Shown piece after piece: positions 39,571 through 48,879 of a DNA stretch of 64,000 bases. The translations under genes and the position numbers were made by a program. The notes under the pieces are model-generated. The model was not told the origin of the DNA and made no database searches. It saw nothing but the letters and a program-made list of their open reading frames with translations. The DNA lies in the NCBI GenBank assembly GCA_964489445.1, contig CAZAYU010000002.1, positions 141,020 to 205,019 of the forward strand. Reading direction: 5' to 3'. The first letter of the stretch is position 1; each line of letters starts with the position of its first letter. Source of the DNA: an uncultured Planctomycetia bacterium (GTDB lineage Bacteria; Omnitrophota; Gorgyraeia; Duberdicusellales; 4484-171).

Positions 39571-40557
39571 ATGGTTGAAGATACTTTTAAAATAAGTATT
39601 AAAAAATATGGTTTGTTAAAAAAGAAAGATAAAGTAATTTTAGGGATTTCTGGAGGGCCGGATTCAATATGTATGCTTTATCAGTTTTTAAATATAAGAG
39701 AGGAATACAAGCTTTATCTTGTTTGTGCGCATTTTAACCATGGGCTGCGTAAAGAATCAGATGCCGAAGAAGAATTTGTTAAGCGATTGTGCGGAAAACT
39801 AAAAATTAAATTAATCAGCGAAAAGAAAAGTGTTGGTAATTTTTTCTGTGGTGATTCGTTAGAACAGACAGCTCGGAATTTACGTTTTGATTTTTTTTTG
39901 AAATGCTTCCGTCAGCTTAAGATTAAGAACATTGCACTGGCACATCATAAGGATGATTTAGCTGAAACAGTGTTGATGCGTCTTATAAGGGGAGCGGGCC
40001 TTAAAGGTTTAAGGGGTTTTCTGCCAAAGTCAAAATTCAAAAAACTGACGGTTGTTCGTCCGTTGATTGATTTAAGTAAGCAGGAAATTATTAATTGGGT
40101 AAAAAATAAAAAAGTAAAATATTGTATTGATCAAAGTAATTTTGAGCAAAAGTTTTTTCGTAATCATACGAGAATAACGTTGTTGCCCTTGTTGAAAAAG
40201 CTAAATCCCAATATTATTAATACTTTAAGTAGCTTATCTCGTAATTTGGCTTTGGACTATGATTTTATTTCTTTGTATGCTCGAGAACAATTTTTTTTAA
40301 TAAAAGAACGAGAAACTGCAAGGAAAATCTATTTAAATTTAAGAAAGCTTCAAATATTACACAGAGCGGTATTTAATAATGTGATTCGTTTTGCGGTTTG
40401 CGAATTAAAAGGAAATACTAGAAATTTTGATTCCCGTCATCTGGGTGAGCTCTATGATTTAATATTTAACAGGCCAGTAGGTAGTGTGGTGGACTTACCC
40501 GAATTTACTGCTAAAAAAGAAGAAAAAACTCTTCTGATTCAATCCTTGATTTTGTAA
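39571..40557 (+). CDS. tilS: tRNA(Ile)-lysidine synthetase
   Basis: It has the PP-loop ILGISGGPDSICML and lies upstream of ftsH (conserved synteny). Confidence 0.8.
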   Translation: MVEDTFKISIKKYGLLKKKDKVILGISGGPDSICMLYQFLNIREEYKLYLVCAHFNHGLRKESDAEEEFVKRLCGKLKIKLISEKKSVGNFFCGDSLEQTARNLRFDFFLKCFRQLKIKNIALAHHKDDLAETVLMRLIRGAGLKGLRGFLPKSKFKKLTVVRPLIDLSKQEIINWVKNKKVKYCIDQSNFEQKFFRNHTRITLLPLLKKLNPNIINTLSSLSRNLALDYDFISLYAREQFFLIKERETARKIYLNLRKLQILHRAVFNNVIRFAVCELKGNTRNFDSRHLGELYDLIFNRPVGSVVDLPEFTAKKEEKTLLIQSLIL

Positions 40558-40582
40558 AGCATTAAAGTATAATAGCCTCAAT

Positions 40583-42481
40583 ATGAATCAAGAAAGTAAT
40601 AAAAAAAATAAACCAAAAGTGCCAAATCCTATTTTTTTGCGTAAGGCATTTTTGTTAATTGCAATTACTCTGGGTCTAGTCTGGATTATTAATATGTTTA
40701 ACACTAGCATGGGTGGTTTAGTAGAGAAATTAACCTACAACGAATTTTATTATTTGCTGGAAAACAATTTGCAAGATCCGACGATAGAATGGGTTAAGCT
40801 AACAGACAATGTAATTCAGGGTGGTAAAACTACAGATAAGGGTAGTGGTCGGTTTTATCTTTACCTTCCTCCCAACGATAAGGATATCATTGCCTTATTA
40901 CGAAAGAATGTAAGTAAATTTGAAGTTGAGCCTCCCAAAACTTTTTTGGCTAATTTGTTCTATTCCTTGGGGCCAATGATTATTTTTATTCTTTTTCTGT
41001 GGTATTTTTCACGCAAAGGAAATCAAATGGGGTCTAAAGTTTGGGGTTTTGGCAAATCGAGAGCGGTATGCCTAGATAAGGACAAAAAGACAAAAGTTAC
41101 CTTTAGTGATGTTGCGGGCATAGATGAAGCAAAGGAAGAGTTACAAGAGATAATTGAATTTTTAAAAGACCCCAAAAAATTTCAGCGTTTAGGGGGAAGA
41201 TTTCCCAAAGGTGTTTTATTGGTAGGACCTCCGGGATGTGGAAAAACTTTATTGGCAAAAGCAGTAGCCGGTGAGGCAGAAGTACCTTTCTATAGTATTA
41301 GTGGTTCTGATTTTGTGGAGATGTTTGTTGGTGTGGGTGCTTCAAGGGTGCGCGATCTTTTTGAAAAAGCTAAAAAAGCAGCAAAAACGGAAAATAAAGG
41401 GTGTATTATCTTTATTGATGAAATTGATGCTGTGGGTAGGCAACGTTTTTCCGGTTTAGGTGGTGGACATGATGAACGAGAACAAACATTAAATCAACTA
41501 CTTACGGAAATGGATGGTTTTCACACTGAAGTGGGGATAATTGTTATTGCGGCGACTAATCGGCCGGATGTCTTGGATCCGGCATTGTTGAGACCAGGAA
41601 GATTTGATCGGCATATTGTCATTTATGCCCCAGATATTAAGGGGAGGGAAGAAATATTAAGAGTCCATACCAAAAAAATAAAGATGTCCAAGAATGCTAA
41701 TTTAGAAGCCTTATCGAAAAAAACTCCCGGATTCTCCGGAGCAGACCTAGAAAACCTGTGCAATGAAGCTGCTCTATTAGCAGCACGACACAACAAAGAA
41801 GAAGTAGAAAATTCAGAATTAGAAGAATCCGTAGAGCGGGTCCTTATGGGTCCGGAGAAAAAAAGCCGAATTATTTCTAAGCATGAGAAAGAGCTGACTG
41901 CTTTTCATGAAGCTGGACATGCTTTGCTATCATTATTAATTACAGAAGTAGATTCTATGTCAAAGGTGTCAATAATTCCTCGGGGAATGGCCGGAGGCTA
42001 TACTTTTATACCTCCCAAAGAAGATCGGAGATATCGCTCTCGCAATGAGTTATTAGGGGATATAACTGTTGCCTTGGGGGGCAGGGCTTCAGAAGAAATT
42101 AATTTAAAAGATGTTACCACCGGGGCAATGAATGATTTAAGCCAAGTTACCCGTATCGCCAGGAGCATGGTGTGCAATTATGGGATGAGCAAACGTTTAG
42201 GCAATTATGCTTTAGGTGAAAGCCGAGGTCCGGTATTCTTGGGGCGTGATTTGGTGCAAGAGAAAGATTATAGTGAAGATACAGCCAAGATTATTGACGA
42301 AGAAGTTAAATTGATTATTGATGAGTGCTATGCCAGAGCAATACAGATAATTAATGAAAACAAAGATAAAATAAAAATATTAGCTGATGTTTTACTTGAA
42401 AAAGAAGTATTAAGCGTGGAAGAAGTTAAGAAAATAACCGGCCTTGAGGATGAGAATAACCCCTGTAAAGATAAGCAGTAA
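40583..42481 (+). CDS. ftsH: ATP-dependent zinc metalloprotease FtsH
   Basis: It has two N-terminal TM helices, Walker A GPPGCGKT, the SRH region, and the HEAGHAL zinc site. Confidence 0.95.
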   Translation: MNQESNKKNKPKVPNPIFLRKAFLLIAITLGLVWIINMFNTSMGGLVEKLTYNEFYYLLENNLQDPTIEWVKLTDNVIQGGKTTDKGSGRFYLYLPPNDKDIIALLRKNVSKFEVEPPKTFLANLFYSLGPMIIFILFLWYFSRKGNQMGSKVWGFGKSRAVCLDKDKKTKVTFSDVAGIDEAKEELQEIIEFLKDPKKFQRLGGRFPKGVLLVGPPGCGKTLLAKAVAGEAEVPFYSISGSDFVEMFVGVGASRVRDLFEKAKKAAKTENKGCIIFIDEIDAVGRQRFSGLGGGHDEREQTLNQLLTEMDGFHTEVGIIVIAATNRPDVLDPALLRPGRFDRHIVIYAPDIKGREEILRVHTKKIKMSKNANLEALSKKTPGFSGADLENLCNEAALLAARHNKEEVENSELEESVERVLMGPEKKSRIISKHEKELTAFHEAGHALLSLLITEVDSMSKVSIIPRGMAGGYTFIPPKEDRRYRSRNELLGDITVALGGRASEEINLKDVTTGAMNDLSQVTRIARSMVCNYGMSKRLGNYALGESRGPVFLGRDLVQEKDYSEDTAKIIDEEVKLIIDECYARAIQIINENKDKIKILADVLLEKEVLSVEEVKKITGLEDENNPCKDKQ

Positions 42482-42500
42482 ACAATCGGCGGCTAAATTA

Positions 42501-43658
42501 ATGTCTTCCTTAGGTGTAAGCGAAGAAGGTGTTAAGATTATGTCTCCTAAAAGTGTTTATTATGCTTTTAAAATTGAAGGCATAAGGTCCTGCGAAGCGA
42601 ATATTATTAAGCAGTGTTTATTGTCTTTAGGGTCAGATGCTGCGGTTGAAAGAGCAGCCCTGACTAAAGATGTCCAAACTTCAGCGTTAATATTCGGGAG
42701 CTTGAAGCAGTTAAATACTTTTTGCCAAAAATTAAACAATCAGCCTTTTGGTCTTAAGGAAGTATCTCGAAAGCTTTCTTTATGTCTCAGTGCTGTACTC
42801 AGTGAGCGATTAGTGTTTTGGGCACGAGATAAAAAATTAAATATAAATAATCCGGTTGTTTGTGGAATTATAAATATAACAAATGATTCATTTTCCGGTG
42901 ATGGATTGATTAGTAATTTAAAGGGTAGTATTGAGCATTCCGCCTTAGACAAAGCAGAGAAAATGGTTAAGAATGGGGCAAAAATTATTGATGTGGGGGG
43001 TGAGTCAACTCGTCCAGGTTCTATCCCGATTAATGAAAAAGAAGAAATAAGAAGAGTGATTCCGGTTTTGAAACTCTTAAGAAAAAGGTTTAAGAAGGTA
43101 CTACTCTCGGTAGATACATATAAGTATAAAGTAGCTAAAAGTGCGGTAGACGAAGGAGTAGACATAATAAATGATATAACCGGGCTAAGAGGCAGCTCGA
43201 AGATTGCTTCGTTAGTCAAAAAGTATAAATTAGGGTGCATATTAATGCATATGAAAGGAAATCCTCAAAATATGCAGATAAAACCGAACTACCATGATGT
43301 AGTGGAGGAAGAACTAGATTTTTTTAAGGAACGTTTGCAATTTTGTGCTAAGATGGGTATAGAGCGCAAACAGATATCAATTGACCCGGGGATTGGGTTT
43401 GGCAAGCGATTAAGAGATAATATGAAAATAATTAATGAATTAGCAAAATTCAGGATTTTTAAGATGCCAATTTTTCTAGGAGTATCGCGGAAATCATTTA
43501 TCGGTGAAGTACTTAAAACCGGGGTAAACGATCGACTTCTTGGAACAGTTGCCGCAGAAGTTATTTCTTTTCTTAACGGAGCGGATATTTTAAGGACACA
43601 TGATGTTAAAGAAACAGTGCAAGCGCTGAGAGTTGCTTCAATACTAAAAAATAACTAA
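42501..43658 (+). CDS. folP: Dihydropteroate synthase with ~125-aa N-terminal extension of unknown function
   Basis: The pterin-binding core starts at GIINITNDSFSGDG and includes GADIIDVGGESTRPG and DPGIGFGK. The start was taken as the ATG at 42501, just after the ftsH stop. Confidence 0.8.
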   Translation: MSSLGVSEEGVKIMSPKSVYYAFKIEGIRSCEANIIKQCLLSLGSDAAVERAALTKDVQTSALIFGSLKQLNTFCQKLNNQPFGLKEVSRKLSLCLSAVLSERLVFWARDKKLNINNPVVCGIINITNDSFSGDGLISNLKGSIEHSALDKAEKMVKNGAKIIDVGGESTRPGSIPINEKEEIRRVIPVLKLLRKRFKKVLLSVDTYKYKVAKSAVDEGVDIINDITGLRGSSKIASLVKKYKLGCILMHMKGNPQNMQIKPNYHDVVEEELDFFKERLQFCAKMGIERKQISIDPGIGFGKRLRDNMKIINELAKFRIFKMPIFLGVSRKSFIGEVLKTGVNDRLLGTVAAEVISFLNGADILRTHDVKETVQALRVASILKNN

Positions 43659-44417
43659 ATGGAAATTACTGGGTTATTAAACTGGAAAGTAATTGTTGAG
43701 ATTTTAATTCTCTGGCTTGTAGTTTATCGGATTTTCCTGTTTCTCAAAGGAACAAAAGCAGTCTATCTTTTACGAGGAATAATTACTCTGGTAATTGCTC
43801 TTTTAGTATTCCAGACTTTAGGGCTGCCGGTATTAACTAAATTGCTGACTTATTTTTTTGCTTTTTTCTTAATATTAGTAGTTATAATTTTTCAACCGGA
43901 GTTAAGAGAAGGGCTAATTCATTTAGGACAAAGGCATATTTTTTATCTTGAACCGAAAAAAGAAGAAATTGAAAAAACATTAAAGGAAATTGTTGCTGCG
44001 GCAGGTGTGCTTTCCCGCAAAAAGCATGGCGCTCTTATTGCGGTCAAACGAGAAATTGGTTTACGTAAATATATTGAAAGTGGAGTTATCCTAAAAGCAG
44101 ATTTAAGCGCAGAATTGTTACAAAATATTTTTTATCCTTCAACTGCTTTGCATGATGGAGGAGTAATCGTAGACGGTACAAAAATAATAGCTGCAGCTTG
44201 TCTTTTTCCGTTAAGCGATAATCCGAGGTTAGAGAAAGCTTTGGGTATGCGTCATCGAGCAGGAGTTGGTCTTTCTGGAAATTCTGATGCTGTGGTCATT
44301 ATTATTTCTGAGGAAAACGGCTCTATTTCGTTAGCGATTAATGAGCAGCTAACACGCAATTTGACACCCAATGACTTGTTTACTATATTAAAAGGGCAGC
44401 TAACAAGATCTCGTTAG
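43659..44417 (+). CDS. cdaA: Diadenylate cyclase (c-di-AMP synthase), membrane-anchored CdaA type
   Basis: Three N-terminal TM helices precede a DAC domain with ALHDGGVIV and GMRHRAGVGLS. Confidence 0.85.
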   Translation: MEITGLLNWKVIVEILILWLVVYRIFLFLKGTKAVYLLRGIITLVIALLVFQTLGLPVLTKLLTYFFAFFLILVVIIFQPELREGLIHLGQRHIFYLEPKKEEIEKTLKEIVAAAGVLSRKKHGALIAVKREIGLRKYIESGVILKADLSAELLQNIFYPSTALHDGGVIVDGTKIIAAACLFPLSDNPRLEKALGMRHRAGVGLSGNSDAVVIIISEENGSISLAINEQLTRNLTPNDLFTILKGQLTRSR

Positions 44418-44573
44418 AACAAAAATAAGTCATAGGAGGCTAATGCGGATTTTTAAAATAATTAACATAAAAAAAGCCATTTTTTATAATTTTTGGCTTA
44501 AAATAGTTTCGTTGGTGATTGCGGTAATTATCTGGTTTTATTTTAGCGGAGGAATAACTCAGGGGATAAAAGT

Positions 44574-45317
44574 ATGAAATTAGGTGTTAATGTTGATCAT
44601 GTTGCAACATTAAGAGAGGCACGTGGAACAACCTATCCTGATCCGGTAGTTATTGCGATGCTTGCCGAATATGCCGGGTGTAACTCAATAGTAATGCATT
44701 TAAGAGAAGATCGTCGGCACGTAAAAGAACGTGATGTATTGTTAGCCAAGAAAGCTTTAAAAGTACCTTTAAATTTAGAGATGTCGGTAAACAAGAATAT
44801 TGTTGATTTTGCAGTTGATTTTAAGCCAGAGCAAGTAACTTTAGTTCCGGAAAAGCGTAAGGAACTTACCACAGAAGGTGGTTTAGATCTTGCAAAGCAT
44901 TATAAAAAAATTGATAAGGCTATTTGTCGGTTAAAAGCAATTGGAGCAAAAGTTAGTTTATTTGTCGATCCATTCAAGCACGCAATTAATATAGCTAAAA
45001 AAATGTCGATTGATATTATTGAAATAAATACTGGTAAATATTCTGAAGCAAAAACAACAATCTCCTTGGAGAGAGAACTGAAAAAAATAAAAGGAGCGGT
45101 AGACTTTGCTAAGCAAAAAGGATTTTTTGTGGCTGCGGGCCATGGAATTGATTATGCTAATATAAAGGGTATTGCTAAGATAAAAGGCATAGATGAGTTA
45201 AACATTGGACATTCAATCATTTGTCGTTCTGTCGGGACGGGCATGGTTTTAGCAGTGGAGGAGATGATTTCTTTGGTTGAGGAAAATAGTAAAAAATGTT
45301 GTTTAGGAGATAAATAA
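44574..45317 (+). CDS. pdxJ: Pyridoxine 5'-phosphate synthase
   Basis: KLGVNVDHVATLREARG...YPDPV and the HLREDRRH motif were seen. Confidence 0.85.
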   Translation: MKLGVNVDHVATLREARGTTYPDPVVIAMLAEYAGCNSIVMHLREDRRHVKERDVLLAKKALKVPLNLEMSVNKNIVDFAVDFKPEQVTLVPEKRKELTTEGGLDLAKHYKKIDKAICRLKAIGAKVSLFVDPFKHAINIAKKMSIDIIEINTGKYSEAKTTISLERELKKIKGAVDFAKQKGFFVAAGHGIDYANIKGIAKIKGIDELNIGHSIICRSVGTGMVLAVEEMISLVEENSKKCCLGDK

Positions 45318-45318
45318 A

Positions 45319-45672
45319 ATGGTTGTTGGTGTAGGAATAGACATAATTAAAATAGCCAAGATTAAAAATTCCATAAAAAAATGGGGAGATAGTTTTTTGA
45401 ATCGTGTGTTTAACCCTGAAGAGGTAGATCACATTCTTGAAGGTAAAATGTATTATCAACGTCTGGCTGCACGGTTTGCGGCTAAAGAAGCGGTGATTAA
45501 AGTGATTTCGAAGGAAGAACCGTTGGCATTAAGAGATGTTATAATCCTTAATCGCAAAAATGGTGCTCCTTATTGTAAGCTTAAGAAAAATTTATCGGTA
45601 AATATTTTTCTTTCTATAAGTCATATTGAAGATTATGCAGTTGCCTGTGCGGTTGCGGAAAAGAAAGTCTGA
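45319..45672 (+). CDS. acpS: Holo-[acyl-carrier-protein] synthase
   Basis: It starts VGVGIDIIKIAKI, has FAAKEAV and ISISHIEDYAVA, and is 117 aa. Confidence 0.8.
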   Translation: MVVGVGIDIIKIAKIKNSIKKWGDSFLNRVFNPEEVDHILEGKMYYQRLAARFAAKEAVIKVISKEEPLALRDVIILNRKNGAPYCKLKKNLSVNIFLSISHIEDYAVACAVAEKKV

Positions 45673-46498
45673 TCTTCATAAAGGAGATTGTGGACATGTT
45701 TTAGTTATTGGGGGCTCAAAAGGTCTCACAGGGGCTGTTTGTTTGTCGGCAGAAACAGCTTTAAAAGCTGGAGCAGGGTTAGTAACCGCGGGGATTCCTC
45801 GATCTTTAAATGATATCTTTGAAATTAAACTTACTGAAGTTATGAGCTTGCCATTAGCCGACAATAAAGGGAGCCTTTCTTTAAAGGCTTTTGAACAAAT
45901 TAAACGCTTTTTAAATAAGATTGATGTTATTGTTTTGGGGCCGGGAGCATCTCGTTTGAAAGATACAGAGAATCTAATTATTAAAATTATAAAAGAAATT
46001 GATAAGCCGATGGTTATTGATGCTGATGCTTTAAACGCATTAGCTGATAATCTTGATGTGTTAGACATACGGAAAACAAAACAAATAGTTTTAACACCAC
46101 ATTTGGGTGAATTCTCTCGGTTAATTAACACAGAAAAGGAAGCGATAAAAAAAATAAAGAGAGAGCTTGTAAAAGAGTTCGCACTTCGCTATAATCTAAT
46201 TCTTGTGTTAAAGGGCCATGCGACATTAGTTACTGACGGAAAGAAGATATATAAAAATTGCACTGGTAATCCTGGTATGGCTACGGCTGGCACGGGGGAT
46301 GTTTTGTGCGGTATGATTGCTGGAGTTATTTCTCAAGGTGTTCATTGCCTGGAAGCTGCTAAATTTGGCGTTTATTTGCATGGGCTATGTGGCGATTTAG
46401 CAGCGAAGAAAAAAACAGAAACCTGTTTATTGGCTTCTGATTTAATTGAGTGTCTACCAGAAGCTGTAAAAAAAGCAAGAAAATTTCTGCCGGCGTAG
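45626..46498 (+). CDS. nnr: ADP-dependent NAD(P)H-hydrate dehydratase (YjeF C-terminal/Nnr)
   Basis: HKGDCGHVLVIGGSKGLTGAV, TPHLGEFSRL and GNPGMATAGTGDVLCGMIAG were seen. The start is uncertain (it overlaps acpS), and the stop lies inside tRNA-Thr. Confidence 0.75.
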   Translation: MKIMQLPVRLRKRKSDLHKGDCGHVLVIGGSKGLTGAVCLSAETALKAGAGLVTAGIPRSLNDIFEIKLTEVMSLPLADNKGSLSLKAFEQIKRFLNKIDVIVLGPGASRLKDTENLIIKIIKEIDKPMVIDADALNALADNLDVLDIRKTKQIVLTPHLGEFSRLINTEKEAIKKIKRELVKEFALRYNLILVLKGHATLVTDGKKIYKNCTGNPGMATAGTGDVLCGMIAGVISQGVHCLEAAKFGVYLHGLCGDLAAKKKTETCLLASDLIECLPEAVKKARKFLPA

Positions 46499-46561
46499 CT
46501 CAATTGGCAGAGCACCTCACTTGTAATGAGGATGTTGGGGGTTCAATTCCTCTCGCCGGCT
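46489..46561 (+). tRNA. tRNA-Thr (anticodon TGT)
   Basis: It folds by hand: acceptor GCCGGCG/CGCCGGC, anticodon stem CCTCA/TGAGG with loop CTTGTAA, T-loop TTCAATT. Confidence 0.8.
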
Positions 46562-46657
46562 TATAAAGCTGGTAAGATTTCTGCATAGTTTAAGTTTGGG
46601 CTCTCTGAAATTCAAGTTGAACTATAATATATTGAGTAAGAGTTATATGCCAGTAAC

Positions 46658-46740
46658 GGGCAGGTTCCTGAGTGGTCAAAGGGGACAGACTGTAAATCTG
46701 TTGCGCTTGCGCTTCGGGGGTTCAAATCCTCCCCTGCCCA
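46658..46740 (+). tRNA. tRNA-Tyr (anticodon GTA), type II with long variable arm
   Basis: It matches the bacterial tRNA-Tyr pattern (GG.CAGGTTCC.GAG.GG.CAAAGG..CAGACTGTAAATCTG..long arm..GGTTCAAATCC). The anticodon loop is CTGTAAA. Confidence 0.85.
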
Positions 46741-47075
46741 TACTTTTAGTTAGTGAGTGAAGTTATTTGACAGTAAGTAGGGGAATGGTAGTTACAAAGC
46801 AACATTCATTTGGATGCAACAGTCAATTCTGTTTAACTTCGCCTTTGGCGAAGGTTGCATACAAATTCTCCCCTGCCTATACTTTTACCTGGTACGTAAA
46901 GTTGTTTGACAGTAAGTAGGGGAATGGTAGTTACAAAGCAACATTCATTTGGATGCAACAGTTAATTCTGGTTAATTCCGCCTTTGGCGGAAGTTGCACG
47001 CAAATCCTCCCCTGCTCATACTATTTTCGTGTGTGAAGCTATTTTTGAGAATAGAGGGTAGTAACTAATTAGAGG
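46739..47075 (+). repeat. Two complete plus one partial tandem 139-bp repeats derived from tRNA-Tyr
   Basis: Unit 1 is 46739-46877 and unit 2 is 46878-47016, at ~90% identity. Each ends in a tRNA-Tyr 3'-end-like CAAAT(C/T)CTCCCCTGC(C/T)(C/T)A. The internal 7-bp hairpin CTTCGCC-TTT-GGCGAAG becomes TTCCGCC-TTT-GGCGGAA in unit 2 through two compensatory pair changes. Confidence 0.7.
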
Positions 47076-47082
47076 ACAATAA

Positions 47083-47439
47083 ATGACAGACAATACTAAA
47101 GATGTGCGGCGATTCTTAAGAATTCCGAAATCTTTATTAGTACAGTATAAGCTGCTGAACACTAGCTTATTTAAAGAATTTAACACTGCTGATATTAGCC
47201 AAGGAGGAGTACGATTCTTTGTTAAGGGCCAGGTTTTAGAAAATGCTTTATTGATAATCAGCATTCGTTTGGAAAAGATTGCTTATCCTTTGAACGCGAT
47301 GGTAAGAGTAAAATGGGTTAAAAAAGTGCTCGATAACAATTATTGCGAAGTAGGAGCAGAATTTATTAATTTACCTCCGGAATCTTTTGCAGAGCTTAAT
47401 AGATATTTAGAAAATGCTAACATCAATAAAGAAGGGTAA
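47083..47439 (+). CDS. Stand-alone PilZ-domain protein (c-di-GMP effector candidate)
   Basis: It has RRFLRIP (RxxxR) and DISQGGVRF (DxSxxG) and is 118 aa. Confidence 0.65.
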   Translation: MTDNTKDVRRFLRIPKSLLVQYKLLNTSLFKEFNTADISQGGVRFFVKGQVLENALLIISIRLEKIAYPLNAMVRVKWVKKVLDNNYCEVGAEFINLPPESFAELNRYLENANINKEG

Positions 47440-47494
47440 TAATTGTTTTAAGTTGTTAGGTGTAGTTTATTTCTTTGATAAAATTGTAAATTAT

Positions 47495-47565
47495 GCGGGC
47501 GTAGTTCAGCGGCAGAACACAGGCCTTCCAAGCCTGTTACGGCGGTTCGATTCCGCTCGCCCGCT
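47495..47565 (+). tRNA. tRNA-Gly (anticodon TCC)
   Basis: It folds by hand: acceptor GCGGGCG/CGCCCGC, anticodon stem CAGGC/GCCTG with loop CTTCCAA, T-loop TTCGATT. Confidence 0.85.
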
Positions 47566-47570
47566 TTAAT

Positions 47571-47598
47571 CTTCCGATGATGATCGGAAGATAATCTT
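47571..47598 (+). terminator. Rho-independent terminator after tRNA-Gly (CTTCCGAT-GATG-ATCGGAAG + AT/T-rich tail)
   Basis: It is a perfect 8-bp stem read directly from the sequence. Confidence 0.5.
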
Positions 47599-47648
47599 TA
47601 GCTGCGGAAAGCCGAAGAGCTAATGTGATAAACTTCTAATAAAAAAAT

Positions 47649-48653
47649 ATGTCAAAATTAATTTCGATAATTGGCGCTGGAGGCTGGGGGACAACTTTAG
47701 CAGTTTGCTTGTCACGCGTAGGAAGAAATGTTCAACTTTGTAGTATGTTTCCAGAGCACAATAAAGAAATGGCAAGGTTAAAGGAAAATAAAGATTTTCT
47801 TCCGGAAATAAGTTTTCCTGATTCCTTAGGAGTAAGTTTTTCTTTAAAGGAAGCGTTGAATAGCGAAGTAATTGTGATTGCTGTTCCGGTAAAGTTTTTA
47901 AGGAGTGCTTTAAAAATAATTAAGAAACAAGGCATTCTACTTTGCGATAAATTATTTGTTAGTGTTAGTAAAGGAATTGAGCCAAAGTCATTAAAACGGG
48001 CATCTGAAATAGTCCAAGAAGAACTAGGAATTTCTAATATTGCTGTTTTATCTGGACCGAATATTGCTAAAGAAGTAGCCAGAGGTATTCCTTCTACATC
48101 CATTCTAGCTTGTAAAAATAAAAAAGTTGGTGAAAAATTACAGGTTTTATTCAATAATTCTAGTTTTCGTGTTTATTTGCATAATGATCTTGTTGGGGTA
48201 GAACTAGGAGGAGCATTAAAGAATATAATTGCTCTTTCGTGTGGTATTTCTGACGGTTTAGGATTTGGCACTAATACAAAAGCAAGCTTGGTAACCAGGG
48301 GGCTGGCGGAAATCACTCGTTTAGGGCAGAAATTAGGTGCTCATCCGTCTACTTTTTGGGGAATTAGTGGGCTAGGTGATTTAGTAACTACTTGCTTTTC
48401 TGATTATTCTCGCAATCGGATTGTGGGGGAGCAGATAGGCAAAGGAATACCTATCTCAGAAATTGTTAAACAGATGAAAATGGTTGCCGAAGGTGTAGGA
48501 ACTGTAAAATCTGCGTATTCTTTAAGCAAAAAATTTAATATTGAAATGCCAATTACCAAAGAAGTTTATTCCGTTGTTTACCGAAATAAATCCCCTAAAA
48601 AAGCAGTAACTGATTTGATGTCCCGGTCTTTAAAGAAAGAAGATTTAAAATAA
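47649..48653 (+). CDS. gpsA: NAD(P)H-dependent glycerol-3-phosphate dehydrogenase
   Basis: ISIIGAGGWGTTLA and the GLGDLVTTC region were seen; it is 334 aa. Confidence 0.85.
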   Translation: MSKLISIIGAGGWGTTLAVCLSRVGRNVQLCSMFPEHNKEMARLKENKDFLPEISFPDSLGVSFSLKEALNSEVIVIAVPVKFLRSALKIIKKQGILLCDKLFVSVSKGIEPKSLKRASEIVQEELGISNIAVLSGPNIAKEVARGIPSTSILACKNKKVGEKLQVLFNNSSFRVYLHNDLVGVELGGALKNIIALSCGISDGLGFGTNTKASLVTRGLAEITRLGQKLGAHPSTFWGISGLGDLVTTCFSDYSRNRIVGEQIGKGIPISEIVKQMKMVAEGVGTVKSAYSLSKKFNIEMPITKEVYSVVYRNKSPKKAVTDLMSRSLKKEDLK

Positions 48654-48670
48654 GAATAAAAAGATAAGAC

Positions 48671-48698
48671 AGGGGGTTCTTCACCCCCTTGGTTTGTT
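48671..48698 (+). terminator. Rho-independent terminator after gpsA (AGGGGGT-TCTTC-ACCCCCT + TGGTTTGTT)
   Basis: It is a GC-rich 7-bp stem with a T-rich tail. Confidence 0.55.
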
Positions 48699-48879
48699 AA
48701 ATCTCAAAACCCTCATGTATTTAAAATATAACATGTTAAAAGTATTTTTTCAAGTCGTTGACTCTAAATTATTGTAAAAATTATTTTTTGTTTATCTTGA
48801 TACATTGTTTTGCCCGTGATAGAATTTTTTCGGTTATTATTGGTGGGAATAAAAGGTAAAAAAGGAGGTGTTTGTGAGG

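Noticed and set aside
42740-43240. 166-aa minus-strand ORF antisense to folP
   Set aside because: It overlaps the conserved DHPS catalytic core on the opposite strand and is a shadow ORF.
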